Assembly (NCBI GenBank): GCA_045863295.1
Contig: BTWA01000001.1
Coordinates: 276,337-340,336 of the forward strand
DNA from: Candidatus Hydrogenedentota bacterium
GTDB lineage: Bacteria > Hydrogenedentota > Hydrogenedentia > Hydrogenedentales > SLHB01
Length of the DNA stretch: 64,000 nucleotides
Reading direction: 5' to 3'
Position 1 is the first letter of the stretch, and each line of letters opens with the position of its first letter. Both the position numbers and the translations under genes were made by a program. This document shows positions 9,269-17,556 of this stretch, piece by piece. Under the pieces are notes generated by a model. That model made no database searches. It was not told the DNA's origin and worked only from the letters and a program-made list of their open reading frames with translations.

Positions 9269-12200
9269 ATGCGCAAGGGGTATCGCAATCACACCGGGGG
9301 GTATTGGGCCGGGTGGATCGCCCTGCTGGCGCTTTGTTTTTCCGCATCGGTGGCGTGGCCGCAGGATGTCGTGGTGTGTCAGACCGGCGACTGCGGATCC
9401 TACACGCAGGACTTCGACAACCTGGAAGAAGGCGTCATCGAAGCGATCCGGCGCGCGCGCACGAGCGGCAATCAGTATGTGACGGTGTTTCTGGTCGAAC
9501 GGGCCGACGGCGCGGCGTGGGAAGGCGGGTTTGGCATCCCCGCGGATGCGAACATCGCGATCCTGGGTGTGCCGTTGGATGCCGACGGCGGCCGGTCGAA
9601 CGACATTGAGATTACGGGCACGGGTTCATTGCCGGCGTTGACGATCAGCACGGAACCCGGCGACTTGCCGGTTGACGCGCAGTATTTTGGCGGCGCGGGC
9701 ACCGGCCTTCGCATTGAAGGCGTGGCCTTGGTGAATAGCACCGAGGGGCTGGTCATCAAGGGCGATGTCGCGACCGGCGATTATATGCCCGTTATTTCAC
9801 GGTGCTATATCTCCGGCAACGCGAGTTCGATCGCCACCGAAGGCAATGGAGTTCGCGTCGAAGGCGAGGCATCGCCTTTGCTGGTCAATTGCAGCATCGT
9901 GAAGAACGAAAACGCAGGCGTGCTGGTGACCGGCACGGAAGGGGCGTTTGCCGAAATACTGCATTGTTCGATTCTCTACAATGAGATGTACGGCGTGCAC
10001 GTCACTGGAACGACGAACAATGCGCGGGTGCGCAATTCGCTGGTGTACCGCAATGGCAACGAGCCAGACGGTACCACGGATGCGAATGATCACGGCGGCC
10101 TCGTGTGGGACACGAATCCATTTATCGATCCCGACACGGGTCCTGTGGCGGGCGGCATTACCGTCATCATCAAAGGGTTTGATTTGACCAGCCCGCTAAT
10201 CAATCCCGGAAATTCGGATACCAATACCCATATCTTTTTCGGGCCAATGCACCATCCCGATACCGAGGCGGTTACATGGGTACTGACCTCGCGCGATGGC
10301 ACGACCGGGTTTGAAGTGCTGACGGTGACATTGCCGCCGTCCTATCTTGGCGCGCCGGGCCCGGTGGATGTGACCATTCAACGGGTTGACACGGGCCAGA
10401 TTCAGACCGTGCGCAACGGGTTTGTCTACGTGGCGGACGGGGGCGAAGCGCCGGTGGTGATGCAAGTGATTGCGGAGCACGGGCCGAGCGCGGGCGGCAA
10501 CATTGTCGCGGTGTACGGGGCGAACTTTGAAGAGCACTGCGACGTGTTCTTCGATTTTGAAGGGTCCATCGGTTCCATCAGCGTGGCGGAGCAATGCGAG
10601 TTTGTGGAATGGCTTTCGTCGGGCCATTTGATTGTGAAAGTGCCTGAATATATCGATCTTGGCGGCAACCGGCGCAAGGTGGATGTTCTGGTGCGCAACA
10701 ATACCACCGGCATCATCAGCGATACGGGCCAATATCGCGAGTACGAATACCGGATCGACGAAGACGATTTGTTGCGGCCTGTCGTGGTGCAGATCGTGCC
10801 GAATTACTTCCGCGACCTGGAGGGCACGGACGGCGCGCAGAACCTGTTGGCCGATGTGGAAGTGTGGGATGCGGAACCCGGCGCGACGATCAAGGTCGGG
10901 GGAATTCTGTGTCCTTACGAAGAGCGCGTGCGGATTTCGACCTCGGATACTCCGCCGGTGGATGTCACGGATCCCGAGAATGCGGAGTTGTGGGAGTTGC
11001 ACAACGTGCGCATTCCCGTGGCCGAATTCGGGTCGGGTGGATCGTACGACGTTGAAGTGACCAATCCGACCGGGTTGTACGATATTTTGCCGAGGGCGTT
11101 CACGTATTACCCCGACGGGGTCGAGCGATTTGAGCCCAACGAGCGGGGATGGCGCCCCTCGAACTTTGTCCGCCGCGACGGCGGCCTTTTGGGCACGCTT
11201 CCGTTCCGGTTGTTGGGCACGGGTTTCGATTGGGAGATCGCCATTCGGGTTCTGGGGAATTCCGGTTTTGGCGGATCGTTTCCGGTGCTTCCGAATCCGC
11301 CGTTGCGCGTATTTCCACACGAAGTCGATCCACCGCACGCACGCCATACGCAGCGCGAGGTGTTCTTCAATTTTCCGCCCGCGCCCGAGCAGGCTCCGTT
11401 TCTGTTCAATCCGGGCACCGGGTTCCTGAACGTCACCATAAACAACGTGGCGACGGCGACCGGCGATTATTCGTCCACGGACGTGCAGGACGTGGAAGAA
11501 CGGTTTTTCTATTCGTCGGCGTTGGAAGAGCCGACGGTGGGCGATCGGTCGCTCTATTTTGAAATCGAATTGCCGCTGGTGGTGGATGCGGGCAACGGCC
11601 CGAACGGCCGCGACATCATTACGATGACCGTGTTGAACTGGCGGAACGCGATGCGGGTGTACGTTGCGGATACCGCTGTAACGAAATACCTCGACGGCGG
11701 CGCGGACGGGTTTTCGGATACCGATCCGGACGCCGATCAGAATAATCCCAGCGACAACGTGCCCGATTTCGCGGAGCCCGCGGTCGGCACGACGGGAACG
11801 ATTCAGTTTGAAGCGCCGCGCCAACCGCAAGGCGTGGCGGGTCCCGTGGATGTGTGGATTCTATTGCCCGACGATGCAACGGCGCACAACACGCAAGCCG
11901 CCGATCTCTATTACTACGCGGAGAAGTCGTATAGCGTGCGGCCGGAGGCGCGACCGATCGTGCGCGCCGTCGTGCCGCGCACGCCGCCGGAAGACACGTT
12001 TACCGATGACAATCCTGTTCGGGTTCTGGGGTCCAACTTTGTTGGGCCGGTGGATCCCGCGGGTTGGTTTACCAACATTTGGCTGGACTGGGGCGACGGC
12101 ACCAATCTCACCGATGGCAACGAGATCTCGCTTGGACCGGTCAGCGGGGCCCCCGGCGCGGGAGCGCCTCCGACGGGCACCTATCAGGTGAATTCGTTTA

Positions 12201-15200
12201 ACGAGATCGAGTTCACGTTGGATCTGCCCACGTTGCGTTCGACGAATCCGTTGTTGTTGTCCGACGTGCCGGTTACGGTGGTGGCGGCGCTGATGAATGC
12301 GGCGGGCGCGGTGTATCAATACAACGGTTCCGATCTCAGCTTTATCCTGACCGATGCGCTTTCGTTCGAGTCGCTCGCGCCCATCATCGATGACGTGACG
12401 CCGTTGGATGGTCCCGTGGAAGGCGGCACGACCGTGACCATCACGGGCCGCAACTTCTTCCCCGACGGCACGACGCCGCCTTATGTGCGGTTCGGCGGCC
12501 GGGAAGCGCGGGTTCTCACCGCGACGCCCGGCGTTTCGGGTTCCCCTGATGTGATCGAAGTGGAATCGCCGCCGGCGCATTTGAATTTGCCGGCGACCGT
12601 CGCGATTCAGTTGATCTCGGTTGACAGCACGGTGCCTAAATTGCGCGAAGCGGTCTCCGAGAAGGAATGGTGGTTCACCTACTTCATGGACGGCAAGCCG
12701 CAGTTGCGGTCCATGTCGCCCAATCACATGGCGTTTGACGACACCTTCACGCAATACGCAACCCTTACGGGATTGAATTTCGACGATGTAGTAATCGTGC
12801 GCTTCTTGGATGCCGCGGATCCGACTGATATTCGCGCGGAACGCACGATGTACAGTGAATCGCCGACGACCATTCAGGTGAAGTTGCCGTTGCCCGGGGA
12901 ACTGGTGACCGAATCCGAAGTGAACGGATTCAACAAGGCCTTGCTGGTGACGGTGCAGAACGACAGTTCGAAAACGCTCGTCGATGCGCAAGCGCAGGAT
13001 CTGATCAGCAATCCGGTTTTGTTTACGGTGTTCGACGACTCCATCGGCGATCTCGAACCGCAAACCGCGACGCTGCTGTTTAATGACGTGTTCTGGAATC
13101 AGCAGGACTATGTAAACGTGCATCCCGGCGAGGGGAGCATTTCCGTCGATCCGTTGCTGGACCCCGGACCGGACGGCGAAGTCGGACCGCGTCTGGTGTT
13201 GACCGATTCGGATACGTGGTGGCTGGGCAAGTTGGCGCTGGGCCGCGAATCGATTTCGGGCATCGTCGACAATCCCTTGCGCGACAAGGCGGGTGAATTT
13301 ACGTTGGTGCCGTTCTCCAGCGAGGATCTCGAATTAGAAGTGCGCCCCGATAGCGCCAATGGTTTCGGCACGCAGGGCAACGGCGAATTCGGATCGCAGG
13401 ATACCGCGCAGCGCGGCCTGCCGGATATTGGCGCGGACGAAATCAACGACTTCCCCGACGATCAATGCTTGTGGTACTACGCGCGCGTGTTTCCGAGTCC
13501 GGTGGGCCGGTTGGATGCGGGCGAATTGCAGATCGACATCCGGTTGATTGGTTCGACCGATGCACCTGAAGTGTACATTGTTCCCCAAGGGTTCCTGCCG
13601 GCGGATGTGGTGGCGGATCCGCCCATTCCGCTCAGCCTGCAGGCGACCCTGGGTGAGAACGCATACCGCTACACCAACGACGAGCCGATCCCGCTCGCGG
13701 AAGACGGCAATCTGGCGAATCCCGACGATCCGGATGAGCCAATTGTGGACGGTCACGCCACGCTCATCATCACGTGTGGCGGCACCATCATCGGCGCCGA
13801 TCCCAGCGATCTGACCGAAGGCGGCTTGATCTTCGATCAGGCTATCACGGGCCGGCACTTCCTGATCGACACCGTGCCGCCGCGCATGTTTGTGGAATAC
13901 CTCGTGCCCGGCAATACCGCCGTGGGCGTGCAGCAATTGATCTTCGATGCGAGCGGCATCACGGTGGGCGGCCTGCCGAGTATCGACGTGTTCCCGCCGA
14001 CGACGGATTATACCGATCAGATCACCGCGCTGAGCGTGGAGCCGTTGTACCACCCGTTCCCCGCGACACCGGCCGTGCTCGGCACCATTCCGCCGTTGAA
14101 CTGGACGCCGGCCACCGATTTCATGCCGCAGGATTACGGCGGCGTGATCGATCTGGCGTTGCGAGGCACGCAGGGCGCGCAGGTATTTTTTAATCGCGGG
14201 TCGCAGGCGAATCCCGATTTTGCCGCGTCGCCGGTGTTGGTGGAATTTCCCATTGGTGTCCGGTTTGTCGATCCGCCGGTGACCAACGACGAGACATTGC
14301 CTCTGGATTCCGCGATGCGCATCAACGGCGACGACTTCTTCACGAGCAGTGACATCCGGCAAGTTTCCGGTTTCCCCGTGTTGGCCGAAGCGTACGCGCA
14401 GTACGCGCGCTTCCGAGTCGTGTCGTCCACCGGCCAGGAGCAATATTTCGTTGATCGTGCATCCGGTTCTCCGAGGCAGGATGTCGTGCCGCAGAATGGC
14501 ACGGCCGCCGATGCGGCGGAAGTGGCGGATGCGGTCATTGGCAACGAGGGCGTGTTCGATCCGGGCTTGGTGCCGGGCGATTCCGTGCCCGATCCGGCGA
14601 GCGTCGAAAATCCGGAAAACGATCAGATGCTTGGATTATGGAACATCCGTTGGGATCGTTCCTACGACACGTCCGCGGATCCGACGGGACCGTATCATGT
14701 GTCGCTGCAATTCGAGGCCGAGGATTTGGCGGGCAACGTGACCCGGCAGGAAATGCTGCTCGATCCGCTGCAACTGTGGTGGTTCCAAAACGTGCAGAGC
14801 CGCCTGTCGCCGAGCCGCGAAGGGCGCCGTGTGAACAGCGCGAATTTCACGCTGAGTCTCGAACGCACCGACGCGCCGATCGTGAACGGCGGTCCACCGC
14901 CAATTTTCATGTATCGCGTGTGGCAGGGCGGGCCTGATTTCGTCAACGACTACAACGCCGTTTACACGCCGGTTAGCGGGTGGAGCGTGTGGTCGCCGGA
15001 CCTGCTCATCAACACCGTCGAGGGATTGGTGCAGCCGGAGCATTGGGTGTTGGTCGTTGTGCAGAGCGCGGATGAAGCAGGCAACGTGGAACCATGGCCC
15101 AATTTCGACGTCGCGTCCGGCGGTCTGAGGCCGGATCCGGATGCGGCCATCGATTTCAGCGATCCCGATACATTGAACACGTATCTCTATCCTGAATACG

Positions 15201-15823
15201 TCGGCCTGACGTTGAGCCAGTTTGCCATCCAGGCGCCGAACTGGCAGCGGTTCTACCTGACCGGGGCGGCCGCGCCGGACACCATCGTGAAGCCGACGTT
15301 CTGGCACAACCAGATAAGCACGGGCAATCCCGAAGCGATTGATGGCGACGAGATCACGTTCGGCCAGTCCACCATCATACCCATGGTGCCGGAATCGCAG
15401 ATCGGGCAGCGGGAAGTGGAAGCGACCTTTGAGTTGTTGCCCGTCCGACCCAGGGACATGGAGCCGTCGAAGCGGATCTACATGGTGTGGCAGCTGCTTC
15501 AGAACGGCGTGGTCCTCATTCCGCCCGATTTTTCAAATCCGCTCACGCCGGAAGAACTGTTGGATCCGGATCTGAACCCAATTCGACTGGCCCTGGATGA
15601 AGGCGTCGCGTTGGGCGATCCAGCCCGGTTGCTGCCGTATACTTATGTCTTTCAGGCGGCGGCGTTTGTCGATGAGAACAACAACAGCCTGTTCGACAAC
15701 CAGGATTATGTGGATCCGAGTCCCGCCTCCGTGCTGTTTGTGGTGACTCCAACCGACATTGCCGGGTTTGTACGGCCGCCCGAAAGCGACGAGCAGCCCA
15801 TCAAAGAAACGGAAACGCAGTGA
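9269..15823 (+). CDS. Giant secreted protein with right-handed beta-helix and multiple IPT/TIG domains (adhesin-like)
   Basis: Sec signal (ALCFSASVAWP). Beta-helix repeats ISRCYISGN, LVNCSIVKN, ILHCSILYN, VRNSLVYRN. IPT starts PDTGPVAGGITVIIKG, HGPSAGGNIVAVYGANF, PLDGPVEGGTTVTITGRNF. Confidence 0.8.
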   Translation: MRKGYRNHTGGYWAGWIALLALCFSASVAWPQDVVVCQTGDCGSYTQDFDNLEEGVIEAIRRARTSGNQYVTVFLVERADGAAWEGGFGIPADANIAILGVPLDADGGRSNDIEITGTGSLPALTISTEPGDLPVDAQYFGGAGTGLRIEGVALVNSTEGLVIKGDVATGDYMPVISRCYISGNASSIATEGNGVRVEGEASPLLVNCSIVKNENAGVLVTGTEGAFAEILHCSILYNEMYGVHVTGTTNNARVRNSLVYRNGNEPDGTTDANDHGGLVWDTNPFIDPDTGPVAGGITVIIKGFDLTSPLINPGNSDTNTHIFFGPMHHPDTEAVTWVLTSRDGTTGFEVLTVTLPPSYLGAPGPVDVTIQRVDTGQIQTVRNGFVYVADGGEAPVVMQVIAEHGPSAGGNIVAVYGANFEEHCDVFFDFEGSIGSISVAEQCEFVEWLSSGHLIVKVPEYIDLGGNRRKVDVLVRNNTTGIISDTGQYREYEYRIDEDDLLRPVVVQIVPNYFRDLEGTDGAQNLLADVEVWDAEPGATIKVGGILCPYEERVRISTSDTPPVDVTDPENAELWELHNVRIPVAEFGSGGSYDVEVTNPTGLYDILPRAFTYYPDGVERFEPNERGWRPSNFVRRDGGLLGTLPFRLLGTGFDWEIAIRVLGNSGFGGSFPVLPNPPLRVFPHEVDPPHARHTQREVFFNFPPAPEQAPFLFNPGTGFLNVTINNVATATGDYSSTDVQDVEERFFYSSALEEPTVGDRSLYFEIELPLVVDAGNGPNGRDIITMTVLNWRNAMRVYVADTAVTKYLDGGADGFSDTDPDADQNNPSDNVPDFAEPAVGTTGTIQFEAPRQPQGVAGPVDVWILLPDDATAHNTQAADLYYYAEKSYSVRPEARPIVRAVVPRTPPEDTFTDDNPVRVLGSNFVGPVDPAGWFTNIWLDWGDGTNLTDGNEISLGPVSGAPGAGAPPTGTYQVNSFNEIEFTLDLPTLRSTNPLLLSDVPVTVVAALMNAAGAVYQYNGSDLSFILTDALSFESLAPIIDDVTPLDGPVEGGTTVTITGRNFFPDGTTPPYVRFGGREARVLTATPGVSGSPDVIEVESPPAHLNLPATVAIQLISVDSTVPKLREAVSEKEWWFTYFMDGKPQLRSMSPNHMAFDDTFTQYATLTGLNFDDVVIVRFLDAADPTDIRAERTMYSESPTTIQVKLPLPGELVTESEVNGFNKALLVTVQNDSSKTLVDAQAQDLISNPVLFTVFDDSIGDLEPQTATLLFNDVFWNQQDYVNVHPGEGSISVDPLLDPGPDGEVGPRLVLTDSDTWWLGKLALGRESISGIVDNPLRDKAGEFTLVPFSSEDLELEVRPDSANGFGTQGNGEFGSQDTAQRGLPDIGADEINDFPDDQCLWYYARVFPSPVGRLDAGELQIDIRLIGSTDAPEVYIVPQGFLPADVVADPPIPLSLQATLGENAYRYTNDEPIPLAEDGNLANPDDPDEPIVDGHATLIITCGGTIIGADPSDLTEGGLIFDQAITGRHFLIDTVPPRMFVEYLVPGNTAVGVQQLIFDASGITVGGLPSIDVFPPTTDYTDQITALSVEPLYHPFPATPAVLGTIPPLNWTPATDFMPQDYGGVIDLALRGTQGAQVFFNRGSQANPDFAASPVLVEFPIGVRFVDPPVTNDETLPLDSAMRINGDDFFTSSDIRQVSGFPVLAEAYAQYARFRVVSSTGQEQYFVDRASGSPRQDVVPQNGTAADAAEVADAVIGNEGVFDPGLVPGDSVPDPASVENPENDQMLGLWNIRWDRSYDTSADPTGPYHVSLQFEAEDLAGNVTRQEMLLDPLQLWWFQNVQSRLSPSREGRRVNSANFTLSLERTDAPIVNGGPPPIFMYRVWQGGPDFVNDYNAVYTPVSGWSVWSPDLLINTVEGLVQPEHWVLVVVQSADEAGNVEPWPNFDVASGGLRPDPDAAIDFSDPDTLNTYLYPEYVGLTLSQFAIQAPNWQRFYLTGAAAPDTIVKPTFWHNQISTGNPEAIDGDEITFGQSTIIPMVPESQIGQREVEATFELLPVRPRDMEPSKRIYMVWQLLQNGVVLIPPDFSNPLTPEELLDPDLNPIRLALDEGVALGDPARLLPYTYVFQAAAFVDENNNSLFDNQDYVDPSPASVLFVVTPTDIAGFVRPPESDEQPIKETETQ

Positions 15824-15943
15824 CATTCGCTTGCACAGGAACCCATATTGCGGTTTAATGTCATAAGCCGAGCGCAAGGCCGGAGTTGAGCGGGTCCGCC
15901 GTGCCCATCGTGGCTGTCGGACGGCGAAACAGCAAAAAGCAGT

Positions 15944-17362
15944 GTGAGGCTTATGAAGCGTCAGAGCAGGTATTTGCCAACCCGTCTGCTCGTGTGGGGT
16001 GTCGTGGCGGGTTTGGCGGCGTTGGTGTCCGCGTGCGGGGGCGAAAAACAGCCCCTGCTCAGCAATACCGTGGAAATTCACGCCGAACCCGAAGTGAATG
16101 CCGCCATCATTGTGGACGGAACGCAGATCGGGGAGACCCCCTTGACCCTCACCAATGCGGCCCCCGGACTCATTCTGCTTCAGTTGAAGAAGGAGGGGTA
16201 TCGCGATAAATGGGAATCGGTGGTGGTGCCGCCGGAAGGCAAGGCGGAAATCACGGTCCCGATGGAACTCATCCTCGGGTACCTTTCCATCACCACGGAG
16301 CCGCCTGGCGCTTCGGTGGTCCTCAGCGACGGTACGGAGTTGGGCACCACCCCCATCCTGCGCGCCGGTCTGCCGTTGGGGGAATACACCTACGAAATCA
16401 GGCTCGAAAATCACGAGACGCTTACCCATACCGTGATGGTGGACCGGGAGTCTCTGTTCAAGCTGGCGCACAACCTGAAACCGCGATCCGCCACGCTGGT
16501 GGTTTTCTCAGTGCCCACCGGGGCATCACTCTGGTTGAACAACCAATTGCAGGAAGAGCGCACGCCAGCCCGGCTTTCCGTGGCGCCGGGCACGTATACC
16601 GTGACCGTGCACTCCAAGGGCTACGTTATGTCCGAGGAGGTTGTTTCCGTGAATCCCAACACGGAAAAGCGCCTCGAACTGCGCATGAACGAGGGCAATG
16701 CCCCCCCGGGCATGCTGCTGATTCCCGGGGGTGAGTTCATCATGGGGTCGGATCAGGGGTCGCCCGACGAGCGCCCGGCCCGGAAGCTGTCCCTGGAGGC
16801 CTTTTATCTGGACAAGTACGAAGTCACCAACGAGCAATACAAAGCTGTCTACGCCGCGCACGAATTCGAAGAGGGAGAAGAGGACCACCCGGTTACCGGG
16901 GTCACGTGGCTGGAAGCGGTGAAATACGCGGAAACCGTTGGCAAGCGGCTGCCTACCGAGGCGGAATGGGAGAAAGCGGCCCGCGGAACCGACGGCCGGG
17001 AATATCCGTGGGGCCCCCTGTTTGACAAGACCCTCTGCAACTCCCTGGAGGGGTCCTTGAACAAGACCGAGACCGTCGGGACCTATTTGAACGGCGCCTC
17101 TCCGTATGGTGTAATGGATATGGCAGGAAATGTCTACGAATGGGTCGCCGACTGGTACAACCCCTATCCGGGCAACCAGGTTGTCGACAAGAACTACGGT
17201 CAAGTGTACCGTGTTCTTCGGGGTGGGTCGTTCAAGACCGGGGCTTACGAGGTCCGGTGTCTCCGGCGTACCTTTGATCGCCAGGATCTGGGCCGGAACG
17301 ATTACGGGTTTCGTTGTGCGCTGGATGTAAACGCGGCATCGGGCACGACGCGCGAGCCTTAA
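15944..17362 (+). CDS. PEGA-repeat + FGE-sulfatase (SUMF1-like) domain lipoprotein
   Basis: Lipobox LVSA|C. Three PEGA-like repeats (IGETPL; TEPPGASV..LGTTP; SVPTGASLWLN..RTP). FGE motifs FYLDKYEVTN, RLPTEAEWEKAARG, DMAGNVYEW, RGGS, GFRC. Confidence 0.9.
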   Translation: MRLMKRQSRYLPTRLLVWGVVAGLAALVSACGGEKQPLLSNTVEIHAEPEVNAAIIVDGTQIGETPLTLTNAAPGLILLQLKKEGYRDKWESVVVPPEGKAEITVPMELILGYLSITTEPPGASVVLSDGTELGTTPILRAGLPLGEYTYEIRLENHETLTHTVMVDRESLFKLAHNLKPRSATLVVFSVPTGASLWLNNQLQEERTPARLSVAPGTYTVTVHSKGYVMSEEVVSVNPNTEKRLELRMNEGNAPPGMLLIPGGEFIMGSDQGSPDERPARKLSLEAFYLDKYEVTNEQYKAVYAAHEFEEGEEDHPVTGVTWLEAVKYAETVGKRLPTEAEWEKAARGTDGREYPWGPLFDKTLCNSLEGSLNKTETVGTYLNGASPYGVMDMAGNVYEWVADWYNPYPGNQVVDKNYGQVYRVLRGGSFKTGAYEVRCLRRTFDRQDLGRNDYGFRCALDVNAASGTTREP

Positions 17363-17388
17363 AACAATTGTCAAAGGGGATTTTACTC

Positions 17389-17417
17389 TTGACAACGGCC
17401 TTTTTCTTTAATACACT
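17389..17417 (+). promoter_or_regulatory. Sigma70-type promoter for the pilMN-O-P-Q block
   Basis: TTGACA (17389-94), 17 bp, TACACT (17412-17), in an AT-rich gap 140 bp before the pilM ATG. Confidence 0.7.
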
Positions 17418-17556
17418 GGAATCAAAGATTTAGGTACCCTTTTTCTGGTGTTACAGGGCAGTATTTACCCTGTGGCTTGGGATTAGTCGTGAATGCTTGC
17501 ATGCCAAGGCGTTGAGTGGGGGACGTAACGGCCGCGAGCGCCGAAAAGGTGACACC

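Noticed and set aside
16700..17362. DGR target (FGE/C-type-lectin fold)
   Set aside because: No reverse transcriptase and no template-repeat copy of the 3' end seen in the window.
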